DNA of 64,000 nucleotides from Lingula anatina (taxonomy: Eukaryota; Animalia; Brachiopoda). The stretch is taken from contig CM120644.1 of assembly GCA_051362555.1 (NCBI GenBank), forward strand, positions 9,618,954-9,682,953, in the 5' to 3' direction. Both the position numbers and the translations under genes were made by a program. The notes below the pieces were generated by a model. That model worked only from the letters and a program-made list of their open reading frames with translations. It was not told the origin of the DNA and ran no database searches. Shown piece after piece: positions 1 to 13,083 of the stretch (the stretch's first letter is position 1; the number at the start of each line of letters is the position of its first letter).

Positions 1-1899
1 GTCACGTGGTACTGTGACGACAATGAGGATAAAGGTCTATGAGACTCAACTAAGCCGCATGGTGCAAACAGACAGAAGTTTAGGAAAGTTGTGTTGAACG
101 GAGTTCAGCAATTTTCGTTATGCCTTAGTGTGTTGCCGTGGTATGGGATTCACCAAAATTAAAGCACTCGTTGACAATCTTTTCTTTGTATGTGACAATA
201 GTTGCGATGCTCGAGATCATGGTCACCTCAGGTGGTTTAGATCATTTCAAAAGCTGATAGCCTTTCAGATTAACTGCCATCAGTTGGCAAACTTACTGAT
301 TGCTGATGCATTGTAGTTGACCAAGAGCTCGTTTACAATAGAACCTGTTAATTATGCACCGCTGCACTTCCCAACCCAGGTAATAACAGGTATCAAAATC
401 GTCTGATGAGCCGTAGGGCTCAAATTTTTAATAAATTGAAAAATCAAAATCGTCTTGGTGGGCTTTCATATTTTTCAAAATATCTCATTTATTTCATGGG
501 GTAATTTTATTGGTATTTGTAAATGACGTTTAATATCAATATTTAAACAATTGAATTCAAACACCGTCGCGAACATTTATAAAAGTAATTGCTCTCTTGA
601 AGCATGCGTATGCCCAGGCATTACTTCCGTGGAAGAAAACGTGTTGAGGAAAAACAGGACAAAGAGCGGTATATTAAAGAAAAAAATGGTAACTTCTGTA
701 ATAAAATGGTTCGTAATCCTAATTCGTTTATGCTTTGAGGATTTGTTTCTGAAGGTTATTTAATCTCAAATATTAAATAATTAAAAAGATTTATCATTTT
801 ATAACTTGAAAAGCAAGTTCTGCGTCTGTACGCAAAACTTTTTGCAAATTTGTAAGCTTTATCAAACCCAAAAACATTTAGCAGATCAAGGTAAAAGAGC
901 ATTGTTTGCTATTAGTAGCATGGAAAATCATTACTTGAATGTTTACTAAATGTGCAGTTTTACGTACGTTAGTATATGAATTAAAAAATTCCAAAATGTA
1001 GACTAACGCAAAATATCAAGGACAGCACATGTACCACATGTACCACATAAAGTAGCTTAATTTCCATTTATAATAAAATCATCATTTAAGTTTTAAATAT
1101 TCTGGCGATTTAATAAATATTCTAATTTACCCAGAACGGTATATTTATTTTAAAGGAGGCTATCTGAAATATAGTTTTATTAACTGTTTGTGAAAATTGC
1201 CCATGTCACCCTGTTATTTTGGAGGTCTAAGCTGGATCAAGCCCGTGTTAATATTCCTATGAAGCAGTGCAGGAAAAAGTCTTCCTTTGTTTCTCTAGCT
1301 CCTCAATAAACCTGGTGTTCAGATTTTATCTAGTACCCCCAGGTCTGCGGGAGCCGCTCTTTGAACTAACGCACAGGTAGATTTTTACCTGAGATAAATA
1401 CTGCCAGCGAGAGTGCAAGACAAAGGCTACAGGAGAATTGAATGCCATTTAACCCTCTAATTAAGAAGTAAAGGATGTTCCAGTTAGATGGATGATCAAG
1501 CTGGACTTGACAACAGGCATTGTTTACCTCAGTTTAATAAAAGTATGCAAGACAGGGTGTCAGCGTAATAAAATTAATTGAATTTCACAAAGAACATGGA
1601 GCTCATATTGAATAATCAACAGTACCCTTAAGTCATTCAAATCACAGCTTCACGAGAATTTAGACCCCTCGGGTAAGAGATTTGAATAAGTATAGCCTTT
1701 TAACAGAAGCCAGAAAAGTCATCTTACAGGTAGACAATGCAGCTGAGTTTGACAGCTCCGCCGGTGGCTCGATTGTCGTCATCGGACCACGTGACCACGT
1801 AGCTCGCAGGCCAAGCAGAAAGGACGTTTATTAGAGTCCAAAATTTACAAAATGAGCTTTTACTTTGTGTATTTAGATAAAGATATCGTTAGTTGGGCA

Positions 1900-3538
1900 T
1901 GTTTTCTGAAGAATATGTACCATTCAGGCCATTCTGACGTCATGACCATTGTTCTTTAAGCAAATCTGCAACTTGAGTAAAGACAGTGAGAATTTCAGGC
2001 ACAGATAACCTCTGATTCTTCACACTTGAGTCAATTGCCTGTTTAGCAGACTTCACCAATGGACTGTCAGCAGGCCCAAATTTCCAATTTAGACCCATAT
2101 CTGAACCTTGGCCCATACTCGTGGTACTTCAGCACCAGCACCTAGAAGTTGAGAAACAGGGTCCGAATAGAAAACATTAACAGTCGGCCATCCTCGAATA
2201 GCTGCTAAACGAAGCAGTGTCAATAAAAATGACTGTGTATCATATCCAAACACCACTTCAATGTGAACAGTCCTTCAACAAATATCAGTAAAAATGACCA
2301 AATACTTTACCAGTAGTGCGTTTTGAACTTCCCTTCTTGCCTGATAGGGTCCAAATAAATCCAACATCACAGTAGAAAATAGAGGAGAAGGCATGAGACG
2401 AGCAGTTGGCATAGGGCCCATTATTTGATCAATGTATTTTGTTTTGAAAAGTTTGCACGATTGACAATTGTCACAAATACTATTGCTTAATTTTGCAGTA
2501 TGACCGTGACCTTAACTTTTCCACTGTAACATCGCGATCTTTATGATCACAATTTGACTGTGCATCATTCATAAACAACTTGGTCAAAGGATGCTTTCTA
2601 GGAAGTAAAATCGACGGTTTGTTGTCAGGTTTCAGTGGATTTTGATGTGCAATGCGTGTCCCTACTATACATAATCCATCTTGTCTCACAGGCATCAAAG
2701 TACGGAATAGTGCTTTCACAGTATCATTAGACTATACGCAGAATTTCGAGCATCAGAAATCAAAAGCATTTCAGCCTGTGCAGGTAATTAGTGTGTAACG
2801 CTGGACTTATTTCCTCCTCAGAAAGAACCTGCTCTGAAGATTGCCAAGATCCTAGCGTAAAACACCTGGAATAAGATGTTTTTGCATGGGATAATGTACC
2901 GGTATCCACTGTTTTCACAGATGCTTGTTTTTTTCTTTCTGGTGTCACCAATCTAAACAAATGGGTTTTCACGGAATCTAATCAAGAGTCCTATGTTTCT
3001 AGCTACACCTCTAGTTTCCATACCATGTATTTGTACTTCTCTGTCCATTGAGGGTCCTTTTTAAGTTTTCTTTCAGAATTTTCCAAAGTGGCCAAAAGAG
3101 CATTATAATTGTCAGGTAATAATGCTGGGTCAAATAACCAGGAATATTCAGTAGACCAGCATTCTCATTCTTTGTCATAATGCAATTTTGAAGTTATCAG
3201 TTGTAATTCTTGCTCCTCTTTAAAAGCGTCGTCCCAATGCATGGAGCCGAGATTTAATAACTGTACCCCCGCAGGGACGATGCGTTGGGAGGCGTGTGAG
3301 AGGCAGAGAGACCATTTAAGGATTAGGCGGTTCTCCTTTCATGTACGTCCGCCATATTTAGTTCTCGGCTTAGTAGAGCCTCGGCTCTTCTCGATGTGAA
3401 TGCGGCCATAGAGTATATTAATAACCAATGCTGCTGGATTTCTCTGTTTATTCCTCAGTTAACTGATGATATCCTTGCAAACATACACCCAAATCCCCCT
3501 CCATTACACTGAGGTTAGCCCTATCAGATCCGATTTCT

Positions 3539-3570
<32 letters not shown>

Positions 3571-4560
3571 TTTTTTTGTTGGGGGGGGGGGTGTAAACCA
3601 AAATAATCCCCACCTAACAATATGTCAACGGGTCCGTTTGGGCTTTGAAGAGTTTTTGGATCAAAATTTGGAAATATGTTTGCAATGGCAGTCTCACTTA
3701 ACTGAGAAACAGAGCTTGAGAGTGTAGGCAAACAAAAGGCTTCAATTTTCATTTTTCTACCAGACAGTAATGAGAGCAACTCCATACAAAGAGAAATTGT
3801 GTCTGTGGAGTTCAATATAGTCATTTGCATGGAATCTTTTCCCAATTTCTTTGCGTTCAGCTTTTTTACACCATTCTGAAAAATGAAAGTAGTATCAGTA
3901 CCATCATCACAAAAAAAACGACAACTTTGTTTTTGGGTGAAGAAACTGTGACATCATATATGGATAGAGTGTCTTACCATTGCTATTGGATGCATTGCTA
4001 TCGGCAAGTTTGCTCTCCCCAGAAGGGACACCTATGTTATAGCCTGTATCTACAGTGGGTCCTTGCCAACACATCAGGGAATGGTGGGAACGTCTGTTGC
4101 AGTGACAGCACCAACTGGCTCTGACTTGCTCTTACACCGTGACTCAGAGTGACTTTGTTTTTGTGTTTTGTCAGGTTTTAACAATGCTTGATAATTAGCC
4201 ATTTGTTTGAGAGCCCCTAACTTTGAATTCCTGATGTGGACCAAATGGATGTAATTGTGCTGAGACTGGCAACTTATTGAGAATTCTGCCCAATCTTTTC
4301 TGAGTAAGGGAGAAAAAATGATATAATGCGTGCAACGTCTTTGCAAGAAACCATGCGTATTTGGTCTAGCATATCTAGCTGCTGAAATATAGAATCGATA
4401 TTTCTGATCAATTTTACCTGATCCTCATAACTACCTTCAGAGGAAATTGGTTTTAGATGGCTTATCTCCTCTAATGCAGTAGACACAGCTAATGGGACAT
4501 TGTCATAGTGAAGACACAATCTTATCATATAAAACAATAATTTTCATAAATTAAAGCAAA
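1900..4560 (-). mobile_element. Degenerate BEL/Pao LTR-retrotransposon remnant (gag/protease/integrase fragments; RT-RNaseH apparently deleted)
   Basis: Minus-strand fragments: gag-like (4274-4537); protease-region PVDILLGGDYFGLHP (3504-3845); FKEEQELQLI...LLPDNY...ERKLKKDPQW (~3020-3225); ILLPRKHPLTKL (2480-2719); integrase core RLMPSPLFSTVMLDLFGPY and WKFGPADSP..LVKSAKQAI (~1950-2420). Many stops and frameshifts; no LTRs recognised; boundaries approximate. Confidence 0.75.
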
Positions 4561-5649
4561 CACACTTACATAATTTGTAATTTATAGAAGAGAGTCATAT
4601 CCTTCCCCTGTCTTTCTCCAGTGAAGTCAGTGTGTGCGTGTGATCTCAATATTTGTGGTCTTTTGTAGTTATGTATCAAATGAGTGAGTGACCACATTTC
4701 ACATTTGCTCGACTGAACAGTTATCAATATTTTGTGGAATCCCAGAACAGCCTCAGCCAAAAAATGAATATTTCTATAATGTCCATCATGTGCAGCGCTA
4801 GGAGTCGGCTTTTATGCATGTATATAAGCATGCACAACTGAGAGATAGAGGTAAGTGGTGATAAGTCATTCTTCTCATCACTTTCATTTTAACAAATCAA
4901 TATGTAAGGCAAACTTACACATTATAAAACGAGCTGGTGGGTGAATTTCGTTCCATTTTAAGCATGCATTATAAATGAAATACGCTATGCATTATTCAAA
5001 CGTTAACAAAGAGTGGGATTGCACAGTTTTGCCTGAGTCATTCATCAACGATAAAAACAGATAAGCCGAAGCTATTTGCTACCTTTAGGTCTCTTGAAAA
5101 GTTAGCATTCGGGGACATCAGAAGTGGGTCTGCATTGCAGGCGCAATTAAGGTGTATCAAGCAAAAATAATCAAGTCCAAATGCTAGAATCGACCACAAA
5201 AAAAGATAGTACAAAGTCAAAACGAATGTACATGTCGCAATCGCTATATCAAACATATTGCTTCATTAAAAGATAAAACTTTGTAGATTTTCTGACAAAG
5301 GATTCATAATACAGGTAAATATATATTTTTTGTTCCAACAATAAAACTGATGATTTTCTAACATCTGTGTGCGTACGACTTACTAGTGTAGAAGCTTTCT
5401 AAAAAAATACCTACAGAGCTGAGACGTTACTCTATCCCGTATTGGTCTGCCGCATCAACAGTCTACTACAAACACTGGACAATAGAACTGTCATCCCCTA
5501 ACTCAGAGTAATAAAAGTACAGAGATCTTGGGTAGTTATAATGCATGGTCAACTTATAATGTGACTAATGAGTATAAAACCGCTATACCATGGAATTGTA
5601 TTGTTGGTCCCGTACATGTACAGCAAATATTATTCCTGTCTTCCTCCAA

Positions 5650-6595
5650 TATGGCAAGACAAGGCAATTATATAACGGTTATATACCTGTTATTAACCTG
5701 AAGAGGCGGAATATAAGCAATGTCAGAATAATACCAAAACAATTGAATTGTTCAATCAGAACCGTGCAGAGGGTCTGGTCTCGGTATAGAAACACTGAAT
5801 CAAGAGAAATTGCCTCTGATGGGTCGTCCAAGAAAAACTACCGTGAAGAATGACGACTGATTTTGATGTCCAGGTTGCCAAAGTTCGACACTGCTTGTCA
5901 GTTGACAACACAATGGAACAATTTCATACATAAGAATCTGTCTGTGAAAATTGCTAGGCGTCGGTACCACGCTCATAGAGTGTTCAGTAGGGTAGCAAGA
6001 CTGAAACCTCTTATATTGTTACAAAACAGGCAACGTAGAGTGAACTAGGGTCAACAGGATCTGAAACTGGACAGTCCATGACAATTGGTCCTATAATTTT
6101 TTTTTTCAAATGAGTGTCGCTTTGGTCTAACCTCTGATGACACACAGGTACGATGCTGGCGAACTGCTGGTAAAGCATTTGAACCACATGCACTGAATTT
6201 TCGAACCCAGAGCAGCATATTCATCATGGTGTGGGGCTGCATCAGCATCCAAGGCGTGGGCGAATTGATAGTGGTTGATGGAAACATGAAACACTAGAAA
6301 TATATCGATGTTTTGGAGTCAGGCTTGCTACCATCTATTACTAACATGTTTGGTGACATGAATTATCCATTTCTTCACCAGGATGACAATGCTCCTTGTC
6401 ACAGGCCCAGAGCAGTTGATGATTGGTTTGACCAACAGGACATTCGCAGGGTAATGTGGCCTGCCCAGGGTCCGGATGCAAACATAATAGAAAATGTGTG
6501 GAATGATATGTCAAAACTATTGACAAATGCCCGTCTACCTAGCAGAGAAACTCTGTTATATTCAGTGTTTCATGCTTGGGCCAGCATAAGCCCTG
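5650..6595 (+). pseudogene. Tc1/mariner (DD34E) transposase pseudogene, 5' part
   Basis: N-terminal HTH (LNCSIRTVQRVWSRY), RVARLKPL, MVWGCIS..GVG and QDDNAPCH...WPAQGPDANIIENVW motifs across frameshifted ORFs 5590-6669. Reading stops at HAWASISP, where a Harbinger terminus begins (CTG at 6593-6595). Confidence 0.9.
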
Positions 6596-6708
6596 GCTCC
6601 CGTTTCACAAAGAATCTTAAATCCGTAGACGACTTACTCGAGCTGGGTGGCCTAGCTAGGTCGACTTAGCTGAAGTCGACTTGGAGTGTTTCACAAAGAA
6701 TCTAACGT
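6596..6708 (+). repeat. PIF/Harbinger terminal repeat (inverted partner at 23718-23830)
   Basis: GCTCCCGTTTCACAAAGAATCTTAAATCCGTAG... is the reverse complement of 23718-23830 over 113 bp, with 2 mismatches by eye. Flanks are CTG and CAG (CWG-type Harbinger target). Confidence 0.9.
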
Positions 6709-7844
6709 CTTAGCTTGATGAACTTACCGAAGTCGACTTGGTTCACGCGCGTTCGTCGCTCTTGTGGAGGTTGAGAGTTGCCGTTGTTTTGATCACGTGT
6801 CCCACGCTCGCTGCTTCGTACGACGTAGGTGAGTTTTTATTTATGTAGCTTTTATTTTGATGAAACGAAACTAAAAATGGCATTATATCGGCATTGTATT
6901 GCTTTGAAATAAATAGAAAAAAGTTATATATGGTTTTAGTCCCGTCCAGATCGTTCCGCCGGCTCCGCCGGCTCCGCCGGACGGCTACCGTTACCGCTTC
7001 TCCTCCTAGACGGTAAGGGCCCCCATACCCCTCTCTTGGATTTAGGTCACCTATAATCTCAACTCGTTCCACGTAAAATTTGGGCTTTGTCGGTATTGGG
7101 GTCTAGGTGTGGCACTCAGTGCAATGCACCCTTGTCTAAAAATCGCAAAATTAAATGCTAATTATCTACCCTACGGAAGGAATTATGGGAACAATTTCTA
7201 CAGACGGCTTTCCAAAAGTCATATGTGTAGACTTCAAATATGCCCTTGGATTTGACCTTTGACCTTTATTTCAAGGTCAAATGGGCCAAAATTTTCAAAA
7301 AAAAATCAGACACCACACAGACTTAACCAATAATATTATTGGAAGTGTTACCCTTCAGGTCATCTTTCATCTCCGTGAATTTGGGGTCAATCGGTGCGTT
7401 TTCACAGGAGTAGCGGCCATAAGATACCGAAACTGAAAACTGTCTCTAATTCGGGAACCGTTAACGCTAGAGACCCATTCTTTTTTGCATTTTGTAGAGC
7501 ATGTAAAGCCCAACACTGGGTGTGGTCTCCATTTTTTTTTTGTATTCCACACGGTTTTCGAGTTACGCTGTATCAAAAAGTACATATTGGTGGTGAAAGC
7601 AAAATGTGCAGTACGGTAATGGATAATAAATTTTGAATCCAGAAAAAAAAATATAAGGCTTGGCAAAGCAGACAACTTGTGGTCAAAAATGACATTATTT
7701 CATCAAATTTGAACTTCTGGAACTTCAGGGCACCTCCCATTTCAAGAATTTTGACCAAAATGACCTTTTCTTTATTTTAATTAATTATTTTCTGTAGGAA
7801 ATTTATGGCACATTATGGTAACTCCAAAATTATAACATTTAGTC

Positions 7845-10045
7845 CCTTATATCTCCAAAACTGGCAGAGATAGGTCCATAGTTACTATTGAACTTGAATA
7901 GGAAGTCATATACTGGCAATCTAAATGTGACTTTAAAATTGACCTTTGGCCTACTTTTCACCATGAATTGAACTTTGGAAATTTTGCTTCCCTTTTATCT
8001 CCAAAACTGGCAGAGATAGGTCCATAGTTTCTATTGAACTTGAATAGGAAGTCATATACTGTCAATCTAAATGTGACCTTATAATTGACCTTTGACCTAC
8101 TTTTCACCATGAACTGAACTTTGCAAATGTTGCTTCCCTTTTATCTCCAAAACTGGCAGAGATAGGTCTATAGTTACTGCTGAACTTGAATAGGAAGTCA
8201 TATACTGGCAATCTAAATGTGACCTTAAAATTGACCTTTGACCTACTTTTCACCATGAATTGAACTTTGAAAATTTTGCTTCCCTTTTATCTCCAAAACT
8301 GGCAGAGATAGGTCCATAGTTTCTATTGAACTTGAAGAGGAAGTCATATACTGGCAATCTAAATGTGACCTTATAATTGACCTTTGACCTACTTTTCACC
8401 ATGAATTGAACTTTGAAAATTTTGCTTCCCTTTTATCTCCAAAACTGGCAGAGATAGGTCCATAGTTTCTATTGAACTTGAAGAGGAAGTCATATACTGG
8501 CAATCTAAATGTGACCTTATAATTGACCTTTGACCTACTTTTCACCATGAACTGAACTTTGCAAATTTTGTTTCCCTTTTATCTTCAAAACTGGCAGAGA
8601 TAGGTCTATAGTTACTATTGAACTTGAATAGGAAGTCATATCCTGGCAATCTAAGTGTGACCTTGAAATTGACCTTTCACCTACTTATTATCATGAACTG
8701 AACTCTGCTAATTTCTTTCTCTTTTAACTCCAAACCTGGCAGAGATAGGTCCATAATTACTATTGAAGTTGAATAGGAAGTCATATACTGGCAATCTAAA
8801 TGTGACCTTATAATTGACCTTTGACCTACTTTTCACCATGAACTGAACTTTGCAAATTTTGCTTCCCTTTTATCTCCAAAACTGGCAGAGAAAGGTCCAT
8901 AGTTACTATTGAACTTGAAGAGGAAGTCATATACTGGCAAACTAAATGTGACCTTAAAATTGACCTTTGACCTACTTTTCGCCATGAACTGAACTCTGTT
9001 AATTTCTTTCTCTTTTAACTCCAAACCTGGCAGAGATAGGTCCATAGTTACTATTGAAGTTGAATAGGAAGTCATATACTGGCAATCTTACTGTGACCTT
9101 GAAATTGACCTTTGACTTACTTTTCACCATGAATTGAACTTTGCAAATTTTGCTTCCCTTTTATCTCCAAAACTGGCAGAGATAGGTCCATAGTTACTAT
9201 TGAACTTGAATAGGAAGTCATATCCTGGCAATCTAAGTGTCACCTTGAAATTGACCTTTGACCTACTTATTATCATGAAATGAACTCTGCTAATTTCTTT
9301 CTCTTTTAACTCCAAACCTGGCAGAGATAGGCCCATAGTTACTATTGAAGTTAAATATGAAGTCATATTCTGGCAATTTACTGTGACCTTGAAATTGACC
9401 TTTGACCTTCTTTTCACCATGAACTGAACTTTCCAAATTTTGTTTCCCTTTTATCTTCAAAACTGGCAGAGATAGGTCTATAGTTACTATTGAACTTGAA
9501 TAGGAAGTCATATACTGGCAAACTAAATGTGACCTTAAAATTGACCTTTGACCTATTTTTCACCATGAACTGAACTCTGTTAATTTCTTTCTCTTTTAAC
9601 TCCAAACCTGGCAGAGATAGGTCCATAGTTACTATTGAAGTTGAATAGGAAGTCATATACTGGCAATCTATATGTGACCTTGAAATTGACCTTTGACTTA
9701 CTTTTCATCATGAATTGAACTTTGCAAATTTTGCTTCCCTTTTATCTTCATATCTGGCAGAGATATGTTGATAGTTACTATTGAAGTTGAATAGGAAGTC
9801 ATATACTGGCAATCTTACTTTGACCTTGAAATTGACCTTTGACCTACTTTTCACCATGAACTGAACTTTGCAAATTTTGCTTCCCTTTTTTTTTCCAAAA
9901 CTGGCTGAGATAGGTCCATAATTACTATAGAACTTGAATAGGAAGTCATATACTGGCAATCTAAATGTGACCTTAAAATTGACCTTTGACCTACTTTTCA
10001 CCATGAACTGAACTTTGCAAATTTTGCTTCCCTTTTATCTCCAAA
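7845..10045. repeat. 146-bp tandem satellite array (~15 units, two subtypes)
   Basis: Anchor CTGGCAGAGATAGGTC recurs at 7861, 8007, 8153... (period 146). Subtypes ...GAACTTTGCAAATTTTGCTTCCC... and ...GAACTCTGCTAATTTCTTTCTC... Confidence 0.95.
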
Positions 10046-10048
10046 GTT

Positions 10049-10735
10049 ATGCTGTATCAAAAAGTACATAGTGGTGGAGAAAGCAAAATGTGCAGTACGG
10101 TAATGGATAATAGATTATGAATTCCAGAAAAATATAACATAAGGCTTGGCAAAGCAGACAACTTGTGGTCAAAAATAACATTATTTCATCAAATTTGAAC
10201 ATCTGGAACTTCAGAGCACCTCCCATTTCAAGAATTTTGACTAAAATGACCTTTTCTTTATTTTAATTATTTTTTTCTGTAGGAAATTTATGGCACATTA
10301 TGGTAACTCCAAAATTATAACATTTAGTCCCTTATATCTCCAAAACTGGCAGAGATAGGTCCATAGTTACTATTGAAGTTGAATAGGAAGTCATATACTG
10401 GCAATCTTACTGTGACCTTTGACCCACTTTTCACTATGAACTGAACTTTGCAAATTTTGCTTCCCTTTTATCTCCAAAACTGGCAGAGATAGGTCCATAG
10501 TTACTATTGAAGTTGAATAGGAAGTCATATACTGGCAATCTAAATGTGACCTTAAAATTGACCTTTGACCTACTTTTCACCATGAACTGAACTTTGCGAA
10601 TTTTGATTCCATTTTATCTCCAAAACTGGCAGAGATAGGTCCATAGTTACTATTGAACTTGAATAGTAAGTCATATACTGGCAATTTACTGTGACCTTGA
10701 AATTGACCTTTGACCTACCTTACGATGAATTAACT
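10049..10735. repeat. Internal duplication of spacer 7564-7845 followed by a second short array of the 146-bp unit
   Basis: GCTGTATCAAAAAGTACATA...GCAAAATGTGCAGTACGG at ~7567 recurs at ~10051, followed by about 3 more satellite units. Confidence 0.9.
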
Positions 10736-11258
10736 TTGATTGTACCATTTTAAGTTATATATATTTTTGCATATTTTGAAAATTCCTGTTGATTGCATTT
10801 TTACAACTTGTCAAGCACAAGACTGGTGGCTGTGTCCCTTACTTTGTGTATGTGGGGGTCTATACGAATGCGCTTGCTCCAGCTGGTGGTACAATATTCG
10901 GAGGCGGTATCGCCTCTCTGATCCTCTAGTTTAAAAGTGGGATCATTACATTGATTTTAATTGAATTACAAATGTACATATATAATAATATTTAACAAGG
11001 TCCATATATGCATTTCTTAAGGAAACCAATAGAAAACCAAATTTTAGCAAAACAGAAGAGATTATTATAGTTGAAGAGTTTAACAAGAGAAAAGCTGTGT
11101 TAGAAGGGAAATTTTCCTCAAAAATTACTGTGGCAGAGAAGAAGAAGAAATGGGAGGAGATAGCCTCAGTAGTGAAAAGGTACAGAGACCTCTTTTTAAG
11201 TTATCCTGGCCTGAATTTCAATGACTTTTTTTCTTTGTGAAAAAGCAAACTTCTTTCC

Positions 11259-11261
<3 letters not shown>

Positions 11262-11308
<47 letters not shown>
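11262..11308. repeat. (TA)n microsatellite
   Basis: Direct reading. Confidence 0.95.
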
Positions 11309-11310
<2 letters not shown>

Positions 11311-11806
11311 CTTGTAAATTTGTGTCAGTGTATGTTTTGAAAAAAATGCTTAAATTTTGACAGTTTCGACTTATAAATTATAGCCAAAATCCATTTGTCA
11401 TCCGGGATGGACTAGAGATCAGAAAGAAAATGAAAAACATTACACAGAGCGGTAAGAAATTTTGTACTGCAGCTGCATGGGTCATTTTCTATGCAATTAA
11501 ATTGTGCAGTACTTATTTTCATTATTAAATTAATATGTTTACTAATTATGTTCCTTTAATGTTAATTTATAACATTTCCCATAAATATCAATATACTATT
11601 AGTTGTATAGGTTACTTGGGGTAGTTACATGTATCTAAAGAAACATTTTTAATAACTTGTCCTTGCTTGTAGCCAAAAGAAAGAGGGATGCCACCATGAG
11701 GACTGGTGGAGGCCCTGCTGTGACCATGTCCACAGCTGAGGACATGGTCATGGAGGGCCTCCATGGTAGGCCCTCCGTGGCTGGTTTAGAAGTAGGAATA
11801 GAAATT

Positions 11807-12509
11807 TATAACGGAGGCTCATATTGCAGTTGTATTATCTTTATTCTTCCTTTAAATACAAGTCATGATTCTCCATTAGATTGTCAGTGAAAACGTTGAT
11901 GTCTACACCCTCTACTGTAATCCTGCAATAAACAAATAAAAGTACTTAGACTGCGTTCGTTATTATTTTGCCTTTCGTTGCGTTATGATCTAAGTATACT
12001 CGTTAACATGTGTTACAGGTTCTCTAATGATGGCTTTCGCTTACACACTTAAGTTATAAGACTTACTTCTAGATTTGCCCATTGTTTACCTTTGCAATTC
12101 AAACTATTAGCCTTTAACTATTGTTATATAGTAAAAAAGAGAGAGTAATTTACCTTGACATTTAAGAAATATCTGTTAAATGTGAAGCGCTCTTATTCAT
12201 GAAACCACATGGTTTCGGACATCTTACAACAAAAAATAGTACCGGAAGAACAAAAATGACTGCGTTTTAACAATGTAAAAAAATACATATATGTTTAACT
12301 GCAAAATGTAACATATGAACACCAAAAAACAACAATCATTTAATGAAACACAATCACAAAGTATAAAAAGATAAGTAAAATAAGCTATAGTGAGCAGGAC
12401 TTATTTCCCGCATAGTAAAGCAACGCAAACAAAAACTGCATACCTCCGTAGCAATCTTGTGAGAGCATATATCACAATCACTACACTATTATTACTGGCT
12501 GCAGTTTCA
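11807..12509 (-). repeat. 3' LTR of BEL/Pao element
   Basis: Direct repeat of 19338-20040; adjoins the C-run at 12510-12528 (polypurine tract on the minus strand). Confidence 0.95.
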
Positions 12510-13083
12510 CCCCCCCCCCCCCCCCCCCAAAATCTATCTAAGATTTTTAACAACATGAAGAGTGCATGACCTGCACACTACCTGAAACATTAAATTAAAT
12601 GTAATACCAAAAAAATCATTTCCAATGTAAAACTGGATCCAAAGATCAAGGAGTAAATGATAAACACAAAATAAACACTATTTGCTATCAATACATTAAT
12701 CGCTGCATGTAAAGGTTATATGTTCTACCTTAATTTCCTTTATAACTTGTTGCTTAAGGTAAATCCACGTCACCTTAATATAGTACACTAACATACTTTC
12801 TTACACCCATAACTCACCGTTCACGCCCTAGACCTATTGTGAAACTAGCTTTGTCTATTTTCCAAGTCACCGTGAAGACTGAGAACTAAAAATGAAATGA
12901 CATTTTTTAAAGGACTCATGATCTAAGTTACCAACTCAAACAGTGGGAATGAATCCAACAAATTTATATCCTGCCTTAAACAATAAAACTCACAACATCA
13001 ACATTCAAACTTAACTACAAGTTTTAAACAGTTAGTCATTGAGCAACTCACTCACTTACAGTCCTAATTACATTCAGAGAGTA

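Larger units (their letters stand above)
6934..10931 (+). mobile_element. Non-autonomous Helitron/Helentron-like element carrying 146-bp satellite arrays
   Basis: 3' end has the hairpin GAGGCG-GTAT-CGCCTC followed by CTAG-TT (10902-10931). 5' region has a T-run and CCG-rich microsatellite-like tract. Internal tandem arrays. The 5' boundary is uncertain. Confidence 0.6.

Noticed and set aside
1-1900. Short ORFs 128-316 and 551-763 and surrounding sequence
   Set aside because: No recognisable motifs or termini; probably decayed repeat or intergenic DNA.
3226-3431. GC-richer insert in the BEL remnant with an apparent CCAATGC target duplication
   Set aside because: Removing it does not restore the expected BEL reading, and no element termini are recognisable, so it cannot be classified.
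8833-10004. Repeated minus-strand ORFs (MTSYS..., MVKSRSKVNFK...)
   Set aside because: Translations of the 146-bp satellite; the period is not a multiple of three.
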